Shown: in pieces, positions 8,903-18,118 of the stretch
Numbering within the stretch: the stretch's first letter is position 1
Layout of the letters: every line of letters begins with the position of its first letter
Virus record (IMG/VR): IMGVR_UViG_3300005805_000049
Coordinates: 32,001-96,000 of that record
Source: a virus
DNA: 64,000 nucleotides
Direction: 5' to 3' (one strand)
Notes under the pieces: generated by a model
Databases searched by the model: none
What the model was told of the DNA's origin: nothing
What the model saw: only the letters and a program-made list of their open reading frames with translations
Program-made: the position numbers and the translations under genes

Positions 8903-10183
8903 ATGTTATCGTTTAAGCAATACATTCTAGAACAACAGATTATCCTTGAAGATAGGATATCTTTTATCAAAAAGCAGTTTCCTGGCAATGAACACGTTGT
9001 CGACTTTTTTGCTACAAATGCAGATCCGACACCAAACAAAATCCACACACAGTGGATTATGAATCAGTATAAAAAAGGCAATATTAAACACGAAGACCAC
9101 GAACGAGTTCGAAATGCATTGGAACATTTTGGTAATCCAGCAGTAAAGAGACAATTAAAGGCTGCTGGACACCCAACTGATGTTAATCAGCATAGTTTAT
9201 CTAGCCTAGAATCGGCTATTGCTCCCCACATTGGTGCAAAATCACGCAAGCAACAACAAAAAGAAATTAAAGTTGAAGGTGCTGATTTAGTTCACAACGA
9301 CAAGCAATTAGGGGTTACTGTCCATCACATAAAGACTGAACAGGCTTCTTGTGCGTATGGTGCGAACACAAAATGGTGCACGTCCGGAGAAAAAGACAAT
9401 CAGTTTAAACGTCATGATAAATTGGGCCCTGTTTATGTTGTTCAACATCAAGGAAAGAAATACCAGTTCCACACTGCTACTGCTCAGTTAAAAGACGAAC
9501 AAAACCAAGATGTTTCGTTCAAGGATTTGCACCCAGACATTGCAAAATCATTGGGACAATCGACACATTCAGAAATTGCAAAAGCAAATGTTATGTTTGG
9601 CAATCCTCATGCGGCAGCCGATCACTTGACAAAAGCATTATCGGATAGCGACTCGTTGCTTCGTCAAAAGGCAATCCAACACCCAAATGTTACAGCGGAG
9701 CACATAACAAAGGCTCTAAATGACGATAATTGGAAAGTTCGAGAAGCTGCTATTAAACATCCAAACGCAACGTCAGAACACGTAAGCAAGGCATTAAACG
9801 ATACAGATGCTAAAGTGGTTAAAGCAGCAATTCAACACCCAAAAATGAGTGCAGAACATATTACAACAGCTCTTGAAACTGGAGAATCTCTTACACGACA
9901 TACCGTAATGCAGCACCCAGCAGCTACTGCTGAACATATAACAAAAGCTCTAGCAGATAGAAACTCTAGTGTTCGTGTTATAGCTCTCAGACACCCAAAC
10001 GTCAATATACAACATTTAGAAGTTGCTTCAAAAAGCAATGACCCCTCACTACGTGCTGCAGCGATGTATCATCCAAAAGCAACGATGGAGCAACTAAAAG
10101 TCGGATTAAAAGATCCTGATCCAGTTGTTTCAGATGCTGCATATACAGCACATAAAAGAAAAATAGCAGCAGGAGAAAAGTAA
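8903..10183 (+). CDS. Putative head-internal protein with a PcfJ-like domain and HEAT-like repeats
   Basis: MLSFKQYILE N-terminus; ASCAYGANTKWCTS motif; seven 26-aa repeats. Confidence 0.65.
   Translation: MLSFKQYILEQQIILEDRISFIKKQFPGNEHVVDFFATNADPTPNKIHTQWIMNQYKKGNIKHEDHERVRNALEHFGNPAVKRQLKAAGHPTDVNQHSLSSLESAIAPHIGAKSRKQQQKEIKVEGADLVHNDKQLGVTVHHIKTEQASCAYGANTKWCTSGEKDNQFKRHDKLGPVYVVQHQGKKYQFHTATAQLKDEQNQDVSFKDLHPDIAKSLGQSTHSEIAKANVMFGNPHAAADHLTKALSDSDSLLRQKAIQHPNVTAEHITKALNDDNWKVREAAIKHPNATSEHVSKALNDTDAKVVKAAIQHPKMSAEHITTALETGESLTRHTVMQHPAATAEHITKALADRNSSVRVIALRHPNVNIQHLEVASKSNDPSLRAAAMYHPKATMEQLKVGLKDPDPVVSDAAYTAHKRKIAAGEK
9608..10160 (+). repeat. About 7 x 26-aa helical repeats (A.EHITKAL.D.D..VR.AA..HPN)
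   Basis: Visible in the translation. Confidence 0.85.
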
Positions 10184-10731
10184 TGGATGCAAGATTAGAA
10201 ACTCCTGAATCGATCAATTTCGTTAATCCTCTTCTTTTCAAGTTCCAGATAAAGAAGACTCCGACTACAAATTACTTTGTTCAGAGTGTTAACATTCCCG
10301 GAATCTCGATGAGAGAAGTTGAGCAACCAAACCCTTTCGTCAAAATTCCTTATGGAGGAGACCATCTATTATTTGACGATTTGATGATTAACTATAAAGT
10401 CGATGAAGATCTGAATAACTACTTGGAAATCTACAATTGGATTAAGTCAATGGGATTTCCTGATAACTTTGGACAATATAAGTCTCTTGCTGACTTACCA
10501 AAAACGTCAGGAGAAGGGCTGGTATCAGATATCTCTTTAGTTATTCTTTCTAATGCAAGAATACCAACTTATGAAGTATTGTTCAGAGACGCTTTTCCTG
10601 TTTCAACGTCTTCTCTAATTTTCGATACAACCAAACCAGACGTTGAGTTTCTCGAAGCGTCTGCAACATTTCGTTATACATCGTTTTCAATAAAGTCAGT
10701 AAATGATCCAACAACTGGACAAAGTGGTTGA
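10183..10731 (+). CDS. gp3: Tail completion / tube terminator protein
   Basis: FVQSVNIPGI, VDEDLNNYLEIYNWI, FRDAFPVS, ATFRY. Confidence 0.9.
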   Translation: MDARLETPESINFVNPLLFKFQIKKTPTTNYFVQSVNIPGISMREVEQPNPFVKIPYGGDHLLFDDLMINYKVDEDLNNYLEIYNWIKSMGFPDNFGQYKSLADLPKTSGEGLVSDISLVILSNARIPTYEVLFRDAFPVSTSSLIFDTTKPDVEFLEASATFRYTSFSIKSVNDPTTGQSG

Positions 10732-10755
10732 TTTTTGCTAAATGTAGTGTATATT
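10728..10755 (+). promoter_or_regulatory. sigma70-like promoter for uvsY-uvsW (TTGATT-16-TATATT)
   Basis: At the late-to-early boundary, inside an inverted repeat that covers the uvsY RBS. Confidence 0.5.
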
Positions 10756-10780
10756 AATGAATATTTGTGAGGAGAAATCA

Positions 10781-11212
10781 ATGAAGATTGAACAAATTGA
10801 ACAGCTGTGGTCTGATGATAGCACAATCAACACAACCGATCTAACTAAAGAAACGATCAAGATCCCACAACTGCATGCTAAGTACTATGCAATTTATGTC
10901 AAGCAAAGGCTACTTCTCGTCAAGTTAAAGGCTGCTTATAAACAGTTAAAACTAGAGAAGTATGAATTTCTAATCAATCCTACTGAAGAAAAAGTCAAGG
11001 CTGGGTGGAAAATACCAGCTCAAGGTAAACTGCTAAAGAATGAGGTTGCTCAATACCTTGAAGGCGACCAACAATTAATTGAAATGGAATTGAAGATTGG
11101 AATCCAAGAAGAGAAAGTTGGATATCTAAAGTCGATCATTGATTCGATCAATACTCGCAACTTTCTAATTAAGAACATCTTGGATGACCGTAAATTTATG
11201 AATGGGGGATAA
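10781..11212 (+). CDS. uvsY: Recombination mediator UvsY
   Basis: IPQLHAKY, RNFLIKN..D.RKFMNG; GGAG RBS before ATG 10781. Confidence 0.9.
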   Translation: MKIEQIEQLWSDDSTINTTDLTKETIKIPQLHAKYYAIYVKQRLLLVKLKAAYKQLKLEKYEFLINPTEEKVKAGWKIPAQGKLLKNEVAQYLEGDQQLIEMELKIGIQEEKVGYLKSIIDSINTRNFLIKNILDDRKFMNGG

Positions 11213-12651
11213 TGGACACAGTTTATATTGAATTTTACAATCAGTCACACATTCATGTAACTGGTTCCGATAATGGAATTGAAGGAGAACTCGCAGAGTT
11301 CTTCAAGTTTCGTGTTAAAGGATATCAATATATGCCTGCATACCGAAGAGGTGTGTGGGATGGTTTTGTTAGGTTATACGATACACGAACGAAACTGCTT
11401 TACAGAGGTTTGTTCAATCATGTTGTAGAGTTCTGTCAAAAGCGAAACTATAACATCGACTACCCCAGCGAATTTGCAAACACTCAATTTGCTATGACTG
11501 AAGCGATTGCTGCAATCAAACAGCAAAATCTGCCTATTGAGCCAAGAGATTATCAAATCAAGGCTTTCACGGACTGCATTCGTCAGAATAGAGCTGTCAT
11601 AGTTTCTCCAACTGGTTCTGGCAAGTCTTTAATTATCTACATGCTGTGCAAGTATTACAACCTAAAGACTTTGATCATCGTTCCAACCACTGGTCTTGTT
11701 CACCAAATGAATGACGATTTTGTCAGTTACGGATACGACCAGCCTATACACAAAATTTATTCAGGAAAAGATAAACACTCAGACTGTCAATTCAATGTTA
11801 CCACTTGGCAGTCTATTCATAAAATGCCAAAAGATTGGTACAATCAATTTGACTTGGTAATCTGTGATGAGGCTCATCTTGCAAAAGCAACATCAATTAC
11901 CAAGATAATTTCATCAATGACTAACTGCAAATACAAGTTCGGATTAACTGGTAGCTTGGATGGTAGTCAGGTTTCTGCTTTGCAGTTGACTGGATTATTT
12001 GGCCCAATCATTAAAGTAACGACAACGTCTGAGCTAATTGAACAGAAACACCTATCGGATTTCAAAGTTAAATGCATTGTTCTTCATTATCCACAAGCAG
12101 TGCGTAATGCAGTTCGCTCATTCGATTATTCAAAAGAACTAGAATATATCGTTACAAATGTTGAGCGAAACAAGGTAATCAGCAAACTAGCAGCATCAAC
12201 GGTCGGTAACACTTTAGTGCTGTTTCAATTTGTTGAAAAGCACGGTGAACCGTTGTACCAAATGATAAAACAGATTACTGATCGGCCAGTGTATTTTATA
12301 CACGGAGCAGTAGATGGAGAAGTTCGTAACTCAATTCGATCGGAGATTGAAACGCTAGACAATGCTATTATTGTTGCTAGTGTTCAAGTATTCTCGACTG
12401 GAATAAATATCAAGAACCTGGCTAATGTGATTTTTGCGTCACCTTCCAAGTCACGTGTTCGCACTTTGCAGTCAATTGGTCGTGTTCTACGAAAAAGTGA
12501 TAATAAAACTCAAGCTACGTTATATGATATAGCAGACAATCTATCATGGAACAAGCGACAAAACTATACACTAATCCATTTGTTTGAAAGGATTCGAATT
12601 TACCAGCAAGAACAGTTCCCATACAAAACATACAATGTGGAGATTAAATAA
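11212..12651 (+). CDS. uvsW: SF2 DNA/RNA-DNA helicase UvsW
   Basis: SPTGSGKS, DEAH, GLTGS, LQSIGRVLR. Confidence 0.95.
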   Translation: MDTVYIEFYNQSHIHVTGSDNGIEGELAEFFKFRVKGYQYMPAYRRGVWDGFVRLYDTRTKLLYRGLFNHVVEFCQKRNYNIDYPSEFANTQFAMTEAIAAIKQQNLPIEPRDYQIKAFTDCIRQNRAVIVSPTGSGKSLIIYMLCKYYNLKTLIIVPTTGLVHQMNDDFVSYGYDQPIHKIYSGKDKHSDCQFNVTTWQSIHKMPKDWYNQFDLVICDEAHLAKATSITKIISSMTNCKYKFGLTGSLDGSQVSALQLTGLFGPIIKVTTTSELIEQKHLSDFKVKCIVLHYPQAVRNAVRSFDYSKELEYIVTNVERNKVISKLAASTVGNTLVLFQFVEKHGEPLYQMIKQITDRPVYFIHGAVDGEVRNSIRSEIETLDNAIIVASVQVFSTGINIKNLANVIFASPSKSRVRTLQSIGRVLRKSDNKTQATLYDIADNLSWNKRQNYTLIHLFERIRIYQQEQFPYKTYNVEIK

Positions 12652-13052
12652 TGAGTAACATTCAATACTTCAAACTAATTAATGGAACAGAGTTGATAGC
12701 TGATGTTATCTTTGAGGATGAACAGTTTGTTGAAGTTAAGCAACCTTTAAGTGTTGAGCAAGTGCCATCAGAAGATGGCCGTGACACAATACTATTAATG
12801 CCATATGCACCATTCAATCAGACTGCTTATATTGAAATTAGCAAATCGCATTTGATTGCTAAATATGCAGTCGAACCTGTACTAGAAAACTATTATAAAC
12901 TGTCAGCAGTGTTTACTGATAAACATGAACGACATCTAACTGAAGAGATTGAACAGATCAATCAACGAATGAAAGACTTGATCTATGATAGCCTGGATGA
13001 AGAGATGTTTGATGGTAGAGTATTCAAAACGCAATCAAAGTCAATTAACTAA
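12651..13052 (+). CDS. Conserved T4-like hypothetical protein (Sm-like fold suspected)
   Basis: KLINGTELIA N-terminus typical of the gene between uvsW and gp55. Confidence 0.65.
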   Translation: MSNIQYFKLINGTELIADVIFEDEQFVEVKQPLSVEQVPSEDGRDTILLMPYAPFNQTAYIEISKSHLIAKYAVEPVLENYYKLSAVFTDKHERHLTEEIEQINQRMKDLIYDSLDEEMFDGRVFKTQSKSIN

Positions 13053-13056
13053 TTGC

Positions 13057-13101
13057 TTGATTGTCACAAAGTGATTATACACTCAGTGAAAAACAGGTCA
13101 A
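13057..13101 (-). promoter_or_regulatory. Antisense sigma70-like promoter TTGACC-16-TATAAT, near-copy of the primase promoter
   Basis: 38 of 45 nt identical to 47438-47482 by manual alignment. Confidence 0.7.
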
Positions 13102-13113
13102 GGAGAAAATGCA

Positions 13114-13638
13114 ATGGCCAGTAAAAATTATGTCAATAATGCGACTTTGCTACAACATCTGAAAGTTTACCTAGAGCAGTTGCGTGAAGCAAAACAACAG
13201 CAGTTGCCAGAACCTAAAATTCCCGAATACATTGGCAGTTGTATTTTATTGATCGCAACCCGTCTTGCCAACAAGCCTAATTTTGCGGGGTATTCGTTCA
13301 AGGAAGAAATGATCAGTGATGGAATCGAAAACAGTTTAATGTACCTTCACAATTTCAACCCCGACAAATCTAGCAACCCATTTGCATACTTTACTCAAAT
13401 CATTAAATTTGCGTTCATTCGAAGAATACAGAAGGAAAAAAAGCAACACTATATAAAGGTCAAGAATCTTGAGAATCTTGCTTTTGAGGACATGATTGAG
13501 AATAATGAGCTGAAGCCAGTTGAAGTTAATGAAATAACTCAATCGTTTGTCGATGATTATGAAAGCAAGTTGACAACCAAGAAAAAACCTGCTATATTAG
13601 CAAATACTGTTAGTAAATTCTTCGTAGAGGTAAAATAA
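13114..13638 (+). CDS. gp55: Late transcription sigma factor
   Basis: NYVNN, PNF.GYSFKEEMISDGIEN, KSSNPFAYFTQI..AFIRRI.KEK. Confidence 0.97.
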   Translation: MASKNYVNNATLLQHLKVYLEQLREAKQQQLPEPKIPEYIGSCILLIATRLANKPNFAGYSFKEEMISDGIENSLMYLHNFNPDKSSNPFAYFTQIIKFAFIRRIQKEKKQHYIKVKNLENLAFEDMIENNELKPVEVNEITQSFVDDYESKLTTKKKPAILANTVSKFFVEVK

Positions 13639-13639
13639 A

Positions 13640-13813
13640 ATGAACGAGCAAAAAAGAAATCAATTGCCAGCTATCATCGTTGAATACATTGACAAAATTA
13701 ATGATAATACAAGTCCAAGACATCAGCGAGATATCTATTGTTTGATGTTGGAGAGAGTTCGTGATGCATGCGACGAACAGATTCGTCTATTCAAAAGAAC
13801 TAATCGTCGTTAA
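13640..13813 (+). CDS. Small hypothetical protein (57 aa, below the ORF-track cut-off)
   Basis: GAGG RBS; fills the gap between gp55 and gp47. Confidence 0.55.
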   Translation: MNEQKRNQLPAIIVEYIDKINDNTSPRHQRDIYCLMLERVRDACDEQIRLFKRTNRR

Positions 13814-13833
13814 AACAATGAAAGAACCATTCC

Positions 13834-14904
13834 GTGACAAAAATTGCTATTGTGACCGATACCCATTTTGGGATTAGATCAGATTCGCCTCAGTTCCTAA
13901 AACATCAAGTTCAATTCTTTGAACAAACATTCTTCCCCGAGATTGATTCTCGGGGAATTTCTACTATCATTCACCTCGGCGATCTTGTCGATCGGCGAAA
14001 GTTTATTAACTTCAACACATTGTCTGTACTAAAGCACAATTTCATCGATAAATTGAATCGATATGATTTCCACATTATTGCAGGCAATCATGATGTGTTT
14101 TATAAGTCAACGAACGAGCTAAATGCTTTAGATCTGCTGATTGACAGTAACAATCACAACATTAAAATCTACATCGATCCAGCAGAAGTAAATATCGACG
14201 GAATTCCAATTGTGTTTGTTCCATGGATTAATCAACAAAACTCCGAACAGACTTTTCAGTTGATTGCAAATACCAATAGCCAACTTTGTTTTGGTCATTT
14301 GGAGATTGCTGGGTTCGAGATGTTTAAAGGGTCGGTGTGTGATCATGGGTTGCAACATTCAATTTTTAATAAGTTCGATTGCGTATTAACTGGCCATTTT
14401 CATCACAAATCCAGCAAAGCCAACATCCATTATCTTGGCGCTCCCTATCAAATGACGTGGTCAGATTATGGATATCAACGGGGGTTTCACATCTTTGATT
14501 TAGAAACTCGACAATTGGAATTCATCGTTAACCCTCAAACAATGTTCGTTCGGTTAGTTTATGACGATGCAGAATTTACTATTGAACAGATGCTCGAGCA
14601 GGTTAGCAAGTCAAATCTTGTAGACAAGTTCTGTAAAGTTGACATCATTAACAAGAGTAACCCTTATGGATTTGACTTAATTTTTGATGCAATCGAGCAA
14701 CAGAAACCTTATGACATCAAAATTAACGATTTGCCATCAATTGTTGACGACCAGCAGATTGACTATCATACTCAGGTGCAAGATACTCAGACGTTGATCT
14801 TTAGTGCAGTTGATCGATTGGAGATCAATTGTAACAAGACTGAATTGAAGCAATTAATGGGTGAATTGTACATTCAAGCGTTGGAAGTTGATATAAACAG
14901 TTAA
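13834..14904 (+). CDS. gp47: Mre11/SbcD-like recombination nuclease
   Basis: DTHFG, GDLVDRR, GNHD, GHFH. Confidence 0.95.
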   Translation: MTKIAIVTDTHFGIRSDSPQFLKHQVQFFEQTFFPEIDSRGISTIIHLGDLVDRRKFINFNTLSVLKHNFIDKLNRYDFHIIAGNHDVFYKSTNELNALDLLIDSNNHNIKIYIDPAEVNIDGIPIVFVPWINQQNSEQTFQLIANTNSQLCFGHLEIAGFEMFKGSVCDHGLQHSIFNKFDCVLTGHFHHKSSKANIHYLGAPYQMTWSDYGYQRGFHIFDLETRQLEFIVNPQTMFVRLVYDDAEFTIEQMLEQVSKSNLVDKFCKVDIINKSNPYGFDLIFDAIEQQKPYDIKINDLPSIVDDQQIDYHTQVQDTQTLIFSAVDRLEINCNKTELKQLMGELYIQALEVDINS

Positions 14905-14912
14905 GGACAATA

Positions 14913-16613
14913 ATGATCACGCTTCATAAAATTAGATATCAGAATTTCTTGGCAAGTGGTAATCAGCCAATTGAAATCAAACTTGACAGTGCAAAAACTA
15001 CGCTAATTGTGGGCACCAATGGGGTTGGCAAATCGACAATCAGCGAGGCTCTATGTTTTGCGTTGTATGGTAAACCATTTCGAAACATTAACAAACCTCA
15101 GTTGGTCAACTCAATCACTGGAAAGAATCTACTAGTTGAGTTAGAGTTTACTGCTGATAAGAAAGGATATTTAATTCGGAGAGGATTGAAGCCAACTGTA
15201 TTTGAGATATTTTGTGAGGGTAAGCTGATCGATCAATCTGCTGAAAATAAAGACTATCAGAAGATGATCGACACTTCAATCATGAAAATCAACTACAAAG
15301 CATTCTGTCAAAGAGTAATTCTTGGCTCTGCCAACTTCGTTCCATTTATGCAATTGGCTGCAGCAGCCCGTCGTAATTTCATCGAAGATCTATTGGACAT
15401 TCAGATTTTCACGACGATGAATCAATTGTTAAAGGAAAAGGTTAATGCAAACAAGGCCCAGCTGGTTGAAGTAGACAATCAGATTACGATTTGCAATAAG
15501 TTGCTTGCAGTTAATCGTTCACACAGAGAACAATTAAAGCAGCAGTCTGATCAGACAGTAGACAACAATAACAAACAAATCGAGCAATACACTGCAACGA
15601 TTGCTGAACTACAACAGCAAAATCAGCAGTTAACAGAGAAGATTGACAATCTTCAACAACAATACAGTGCAGTAGTTGAAGTGCAGCAAAAGGCTAGTAA
15701 AGTTAATACAGCTATTAACAAGCTTCAGATAGACAACCAAAAGCATGACAACGAGATGCAATTCTATTCCAACTCATCGTTTTGCTCGACCTGTGAACAG
15801 CCAATAGACCAGCAATTCAAACACAATAGAATTACTCAGCTGCAAGACAAACTGCAATCGAATAAGATTACTTTTGATAAGCTACAACGAATGCAAGATA
15901 AGTTATCAATTGCAATAGATAAGTTTGAGCAGCTGCAAAGTAAAATATCATCATTGCAGCAACAGCAACAGCAAAACAACAACACCATCATGGTAAACAA
16001 CAAGTTGATTTGCAACTTGCAACGGCATAATCAGCAAGTTCAGCAATATCAAGAAGTAGATGACACAGAGTATTTGACGCAACTAGAACAGTTGCAGCAG
16101 CAGAAGAAGATGTTGTTAGAACAACGAGAGTTGAATAACATTGCTTCAGTTCTATTAAAAGATGATGGAATTAAGACACAAGTAATCAAGCAGTATATTC
16201 CAGTGATAAATAATTCGATCAATCGTTACTTGGATCAAATGGGGTTCTTTTGTAAGTTTGAAATCGATTCCAACTTTGATGAGAAGATCAAGTCTCGTTA
16301 TCGTGATGAATTCTCTTACAGTTCATTTTCTGAAGGAGAAAAGACACGAATCGATTTGGCTTTATTGTTCACGTGGAGAGAGATTGCTAAAGTTCGAAAC
16401 TCATCATCAATCAACCTACTAATTCTTGACGAAATCATGGATTCTTCATTGGATTCATCAGGAACAGATGAATTTGTCAATATCATTAGCAAGTTCAGTG
16501 ACAACAACAACGTGATCGTAATAAGCCACAAGACTGAGAACATTATTGATAAGTTCGAAAGGACGATTCAGTTTCATAAAGTGCAAAATTTTAGTCAGAT
16601 AAAGGAGCAATAA
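14913..16613 (+). CDS. gp46: Rad50/SbcC-like recombination ATPase
   Basis: GTNGVGKST, CSTC zinc hook, FSEGE, LILDE, ISH. Confidence 0.96.
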   Translation: MITLHKIRYQNFLASGNQPIEIKLDSAKTTLIVGTNGVGKSTISEALCFALYGKPFRNINKPQLVNSITGKNLLVELEFTADKKGYLIRRGLKPTVFEIFCEGKLIDQSAENKDYQKMIDTSIMKINYKAFCQRVILGSANFVPFMQLAAAARRNFIEDLLDIQIFTTMNQLLKEKVNANKAQLVEVDNQITICNKLLAVNRSHREQLKQQSDQTVDNNNKQIEQYTATIAELQQQNQQLTEKIDNLQQQYSAVVEVQQKASKVNTAINKLQIDNQKHDNEMQFYSNSSFCSTCEQPIDQQFKHNRITQLQDKLQSNKITFDKLQRMQDKLSIAIDKFEQLQSKISSLQQQQQQNNNTIMVNNKLICNLQRHNQQVQQYQEVDDTEYLTQLEQLQQQKKMLLEQRELNNIASVLLKDDGIKTQVIKQYIPVINNSINRYLDQMGFFCKFEIDSNFDEKIKSRYRDEFSYSSFSEGEKTRIDLALLFTWREIAKVRNSSSINLLILDEIMDSSLDSSGTDEFVNIISKFSDNNNVIVISHKTENIIDKFERTIQFHKVQNFSQIKEQ

Positions 16614-17038
16614 TGCCAATCATTATTTCGATGTTAATTGTGCTGATCTCAACAAATGTTGCATTGGCAAAACCAAGAGATTATCCAGTAACTAGAGTGG
16701 TTGATGGAGACACGGTTGAATTTAAAGCGCCATTCTTAATTGAAGAGCTAGGAACAACTTTGAAACTTAGAGTACTAGGAGTTGATACCCCAGAAAAAGG
16801 TAAAGCAGCAAAATGTGACAAAGAAGAACAGATGAGTCTTCGAGCGAAGCTATTCACTGAACAGCAAATTTCTAACGGAAAGAAGATTCAGGTTGAAATC
16901 AAGAAGTGGGACAAGTACGGTGGAAGAGTTCTTGGAGATGTACTTATTGACGGTAAATCTCTAAGCAAGATGTTGATTGACAATAAGTATGCCGTTTCAT
17001 ATAATGGAAAAGGAGCAAAACATGATTGGTGTAAATAA
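16613..17038 (+). CDS. Thermonuclease (SNase family) with signal peptide
   Basis: VVDGDT, RVLGVDTPE, DKYGGRVLG; hydrophobic N-terminus ending ALA. Confidence 0.9.
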   Translation: MPIIISMLIVLISTNVALAKPRDYPVTRVVDGDTVEFKAPFLIEELGTTLKLRVLGVDTPEKGKAAKCDKEEQMSLRAKLFTEQQISNGKKIQVEIKKWDKYGGRVLGDVLIDGKSLSKMLIDNKYAVSYNGKGAKHDWCK

Positions 17039-17504
17039 ATTTGTAATTGTTGTGGTAGCACTGTTTGCGTTTGCTATGTTTTCTCCAGCTAAAGCATACT
17101 GCGAATGGCCATGCTTTGAGTCTACTGAAAAAACAAAAACAGTCAAGACATATAAGAAGAAACCCAAACAAGTATCGTTGAGAAAGCAAATTGAGTCGAT
17201 TCCAGTAATTGGAGATGTCGCGCGACTATTTCAAGCTGGAATAGCTTCATTCTATTGGCAGCCTCAAGCAGTTGCGTGTGGAGGCAGATTCAATCCGAAT
17301 GCTTTAACAGCTGCTCACAAGACACTGAAATGTGGTTCAAAAGTTAGAGTAACCAATAAAAGAAATGGTAAGTCAGTTGTTGTTACGATCAATGATCGAG
17401 GACCTTATATCAAAGGTAGAGTAATTGACCTGTCAAAAGCTGCTGCTCAAAGAATTGGTATGGTTTCTTCAGGATTAGCTCCAGTGACAATCGAGATTCA
17501 ATAA
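17022..17504 (+). CDS. RlpA-like lytic transglycosylase (DPBB domain), secreted
   Basis: GIASFY, LTAAHKTL, VTINDRGP, IDLS.AAA; signal peptide from ATG 17022. Confidence 0.88.
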   Translation: MIGVNKFVIVVVALFAFAMFSPAKAYCEWPCFESTEKTKTVKTYKKKPKQVSLRKQIESIPVIGDVARLFQAGIASFYWQPQAVACGGRFNPNALTAAHKTLKCGSKVRVTNKRNGKSVVVTINDRGPYIKGRVIDLSKAAAQRIGMVSSGLAPVTIEIQ

Positions 17505-18031
17505 TGGAAGATGTTAGTAAGCCATTAATTGCTCATACAGATCCGTCGTTATTGATTAACACTGAGAAGTTTGACTTTTCACAAAGCGATATTGATCCAA
17601 ATCAGCTTGCTCATATTCTTGCTCAAACGATGATTAAGGCAAACTGCTTTAGTCTATCAGCTCCGCAAATTGGATTGCCGTATAGAGCGTTCATTATCGC
17701 TGGAACACCAATGATTTGTTGTTTCAATCCAGTAATTGTTGACCAAACAACAGAGACAGAGTATCTTGAAGAGGTCTGTTGCAGCTACCCATCGCTCGTT
17801 CTGAAGAAAAAGCGGCCGAAGAACATTAAAGTTCGGTATACTCAACCAAACGGTGAAGTTATTACTCGAAAGTTGATCGGGCTATCATCTCGGCTATTTC
17901 AACATGAATTGGATCATTTGAATGGTGTACCATTCCACAGTGGACATACACGGCTTTCACTAGAAATAGCATTCCGTAAAGCTAAAGCTGCCGGACACCA
18001 TTACAAACATAGTGACTTCAAAGGAGAATGA
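17504..18031 (+). CDS. def: Peptide deformylase-like protein with degenerate motifs
   Basis: LSAPQIG, EVCCS in place of EGCLS, QHELDHLNG. Confidence 0.8.
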   Translation: MEDVSKPLIAHTDPSLLINTEKFDFSQSDIDPNQLAHILAQTMIKANCFSLSAPQIGLPYRAFIIAGTPMICCFNPVIVDQTTETEYLEEVCCSYPSLVLKKKRPKNIKVRYTQPNGEVITRKLIGLSSRLFQHELDHLNGVPFHSGHTRLSLEIAFRKAKAAGHHYKHSDFKGE

Positions 18032-18074
18032 ATCACGTTTTCAAGGGAAAAATTATTAAATTGACAGTTTTTAA

Positions 18075-18112
18075 CCTCCGTAGTTTTATAAATACTGTAA
18101 AAACTACGGAGG
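18075..18112 (+). promoter_or_regulatory. RBS-sequestering hairpin containing a late promoter
   Basis: 13-bp perfect stem CCTCCGTAGTTTT/AAAACTACGGAGG; TATAAATA at 18087-18094. Confidence 0.85.
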
Positions 18113-18118
18113 GTTACA

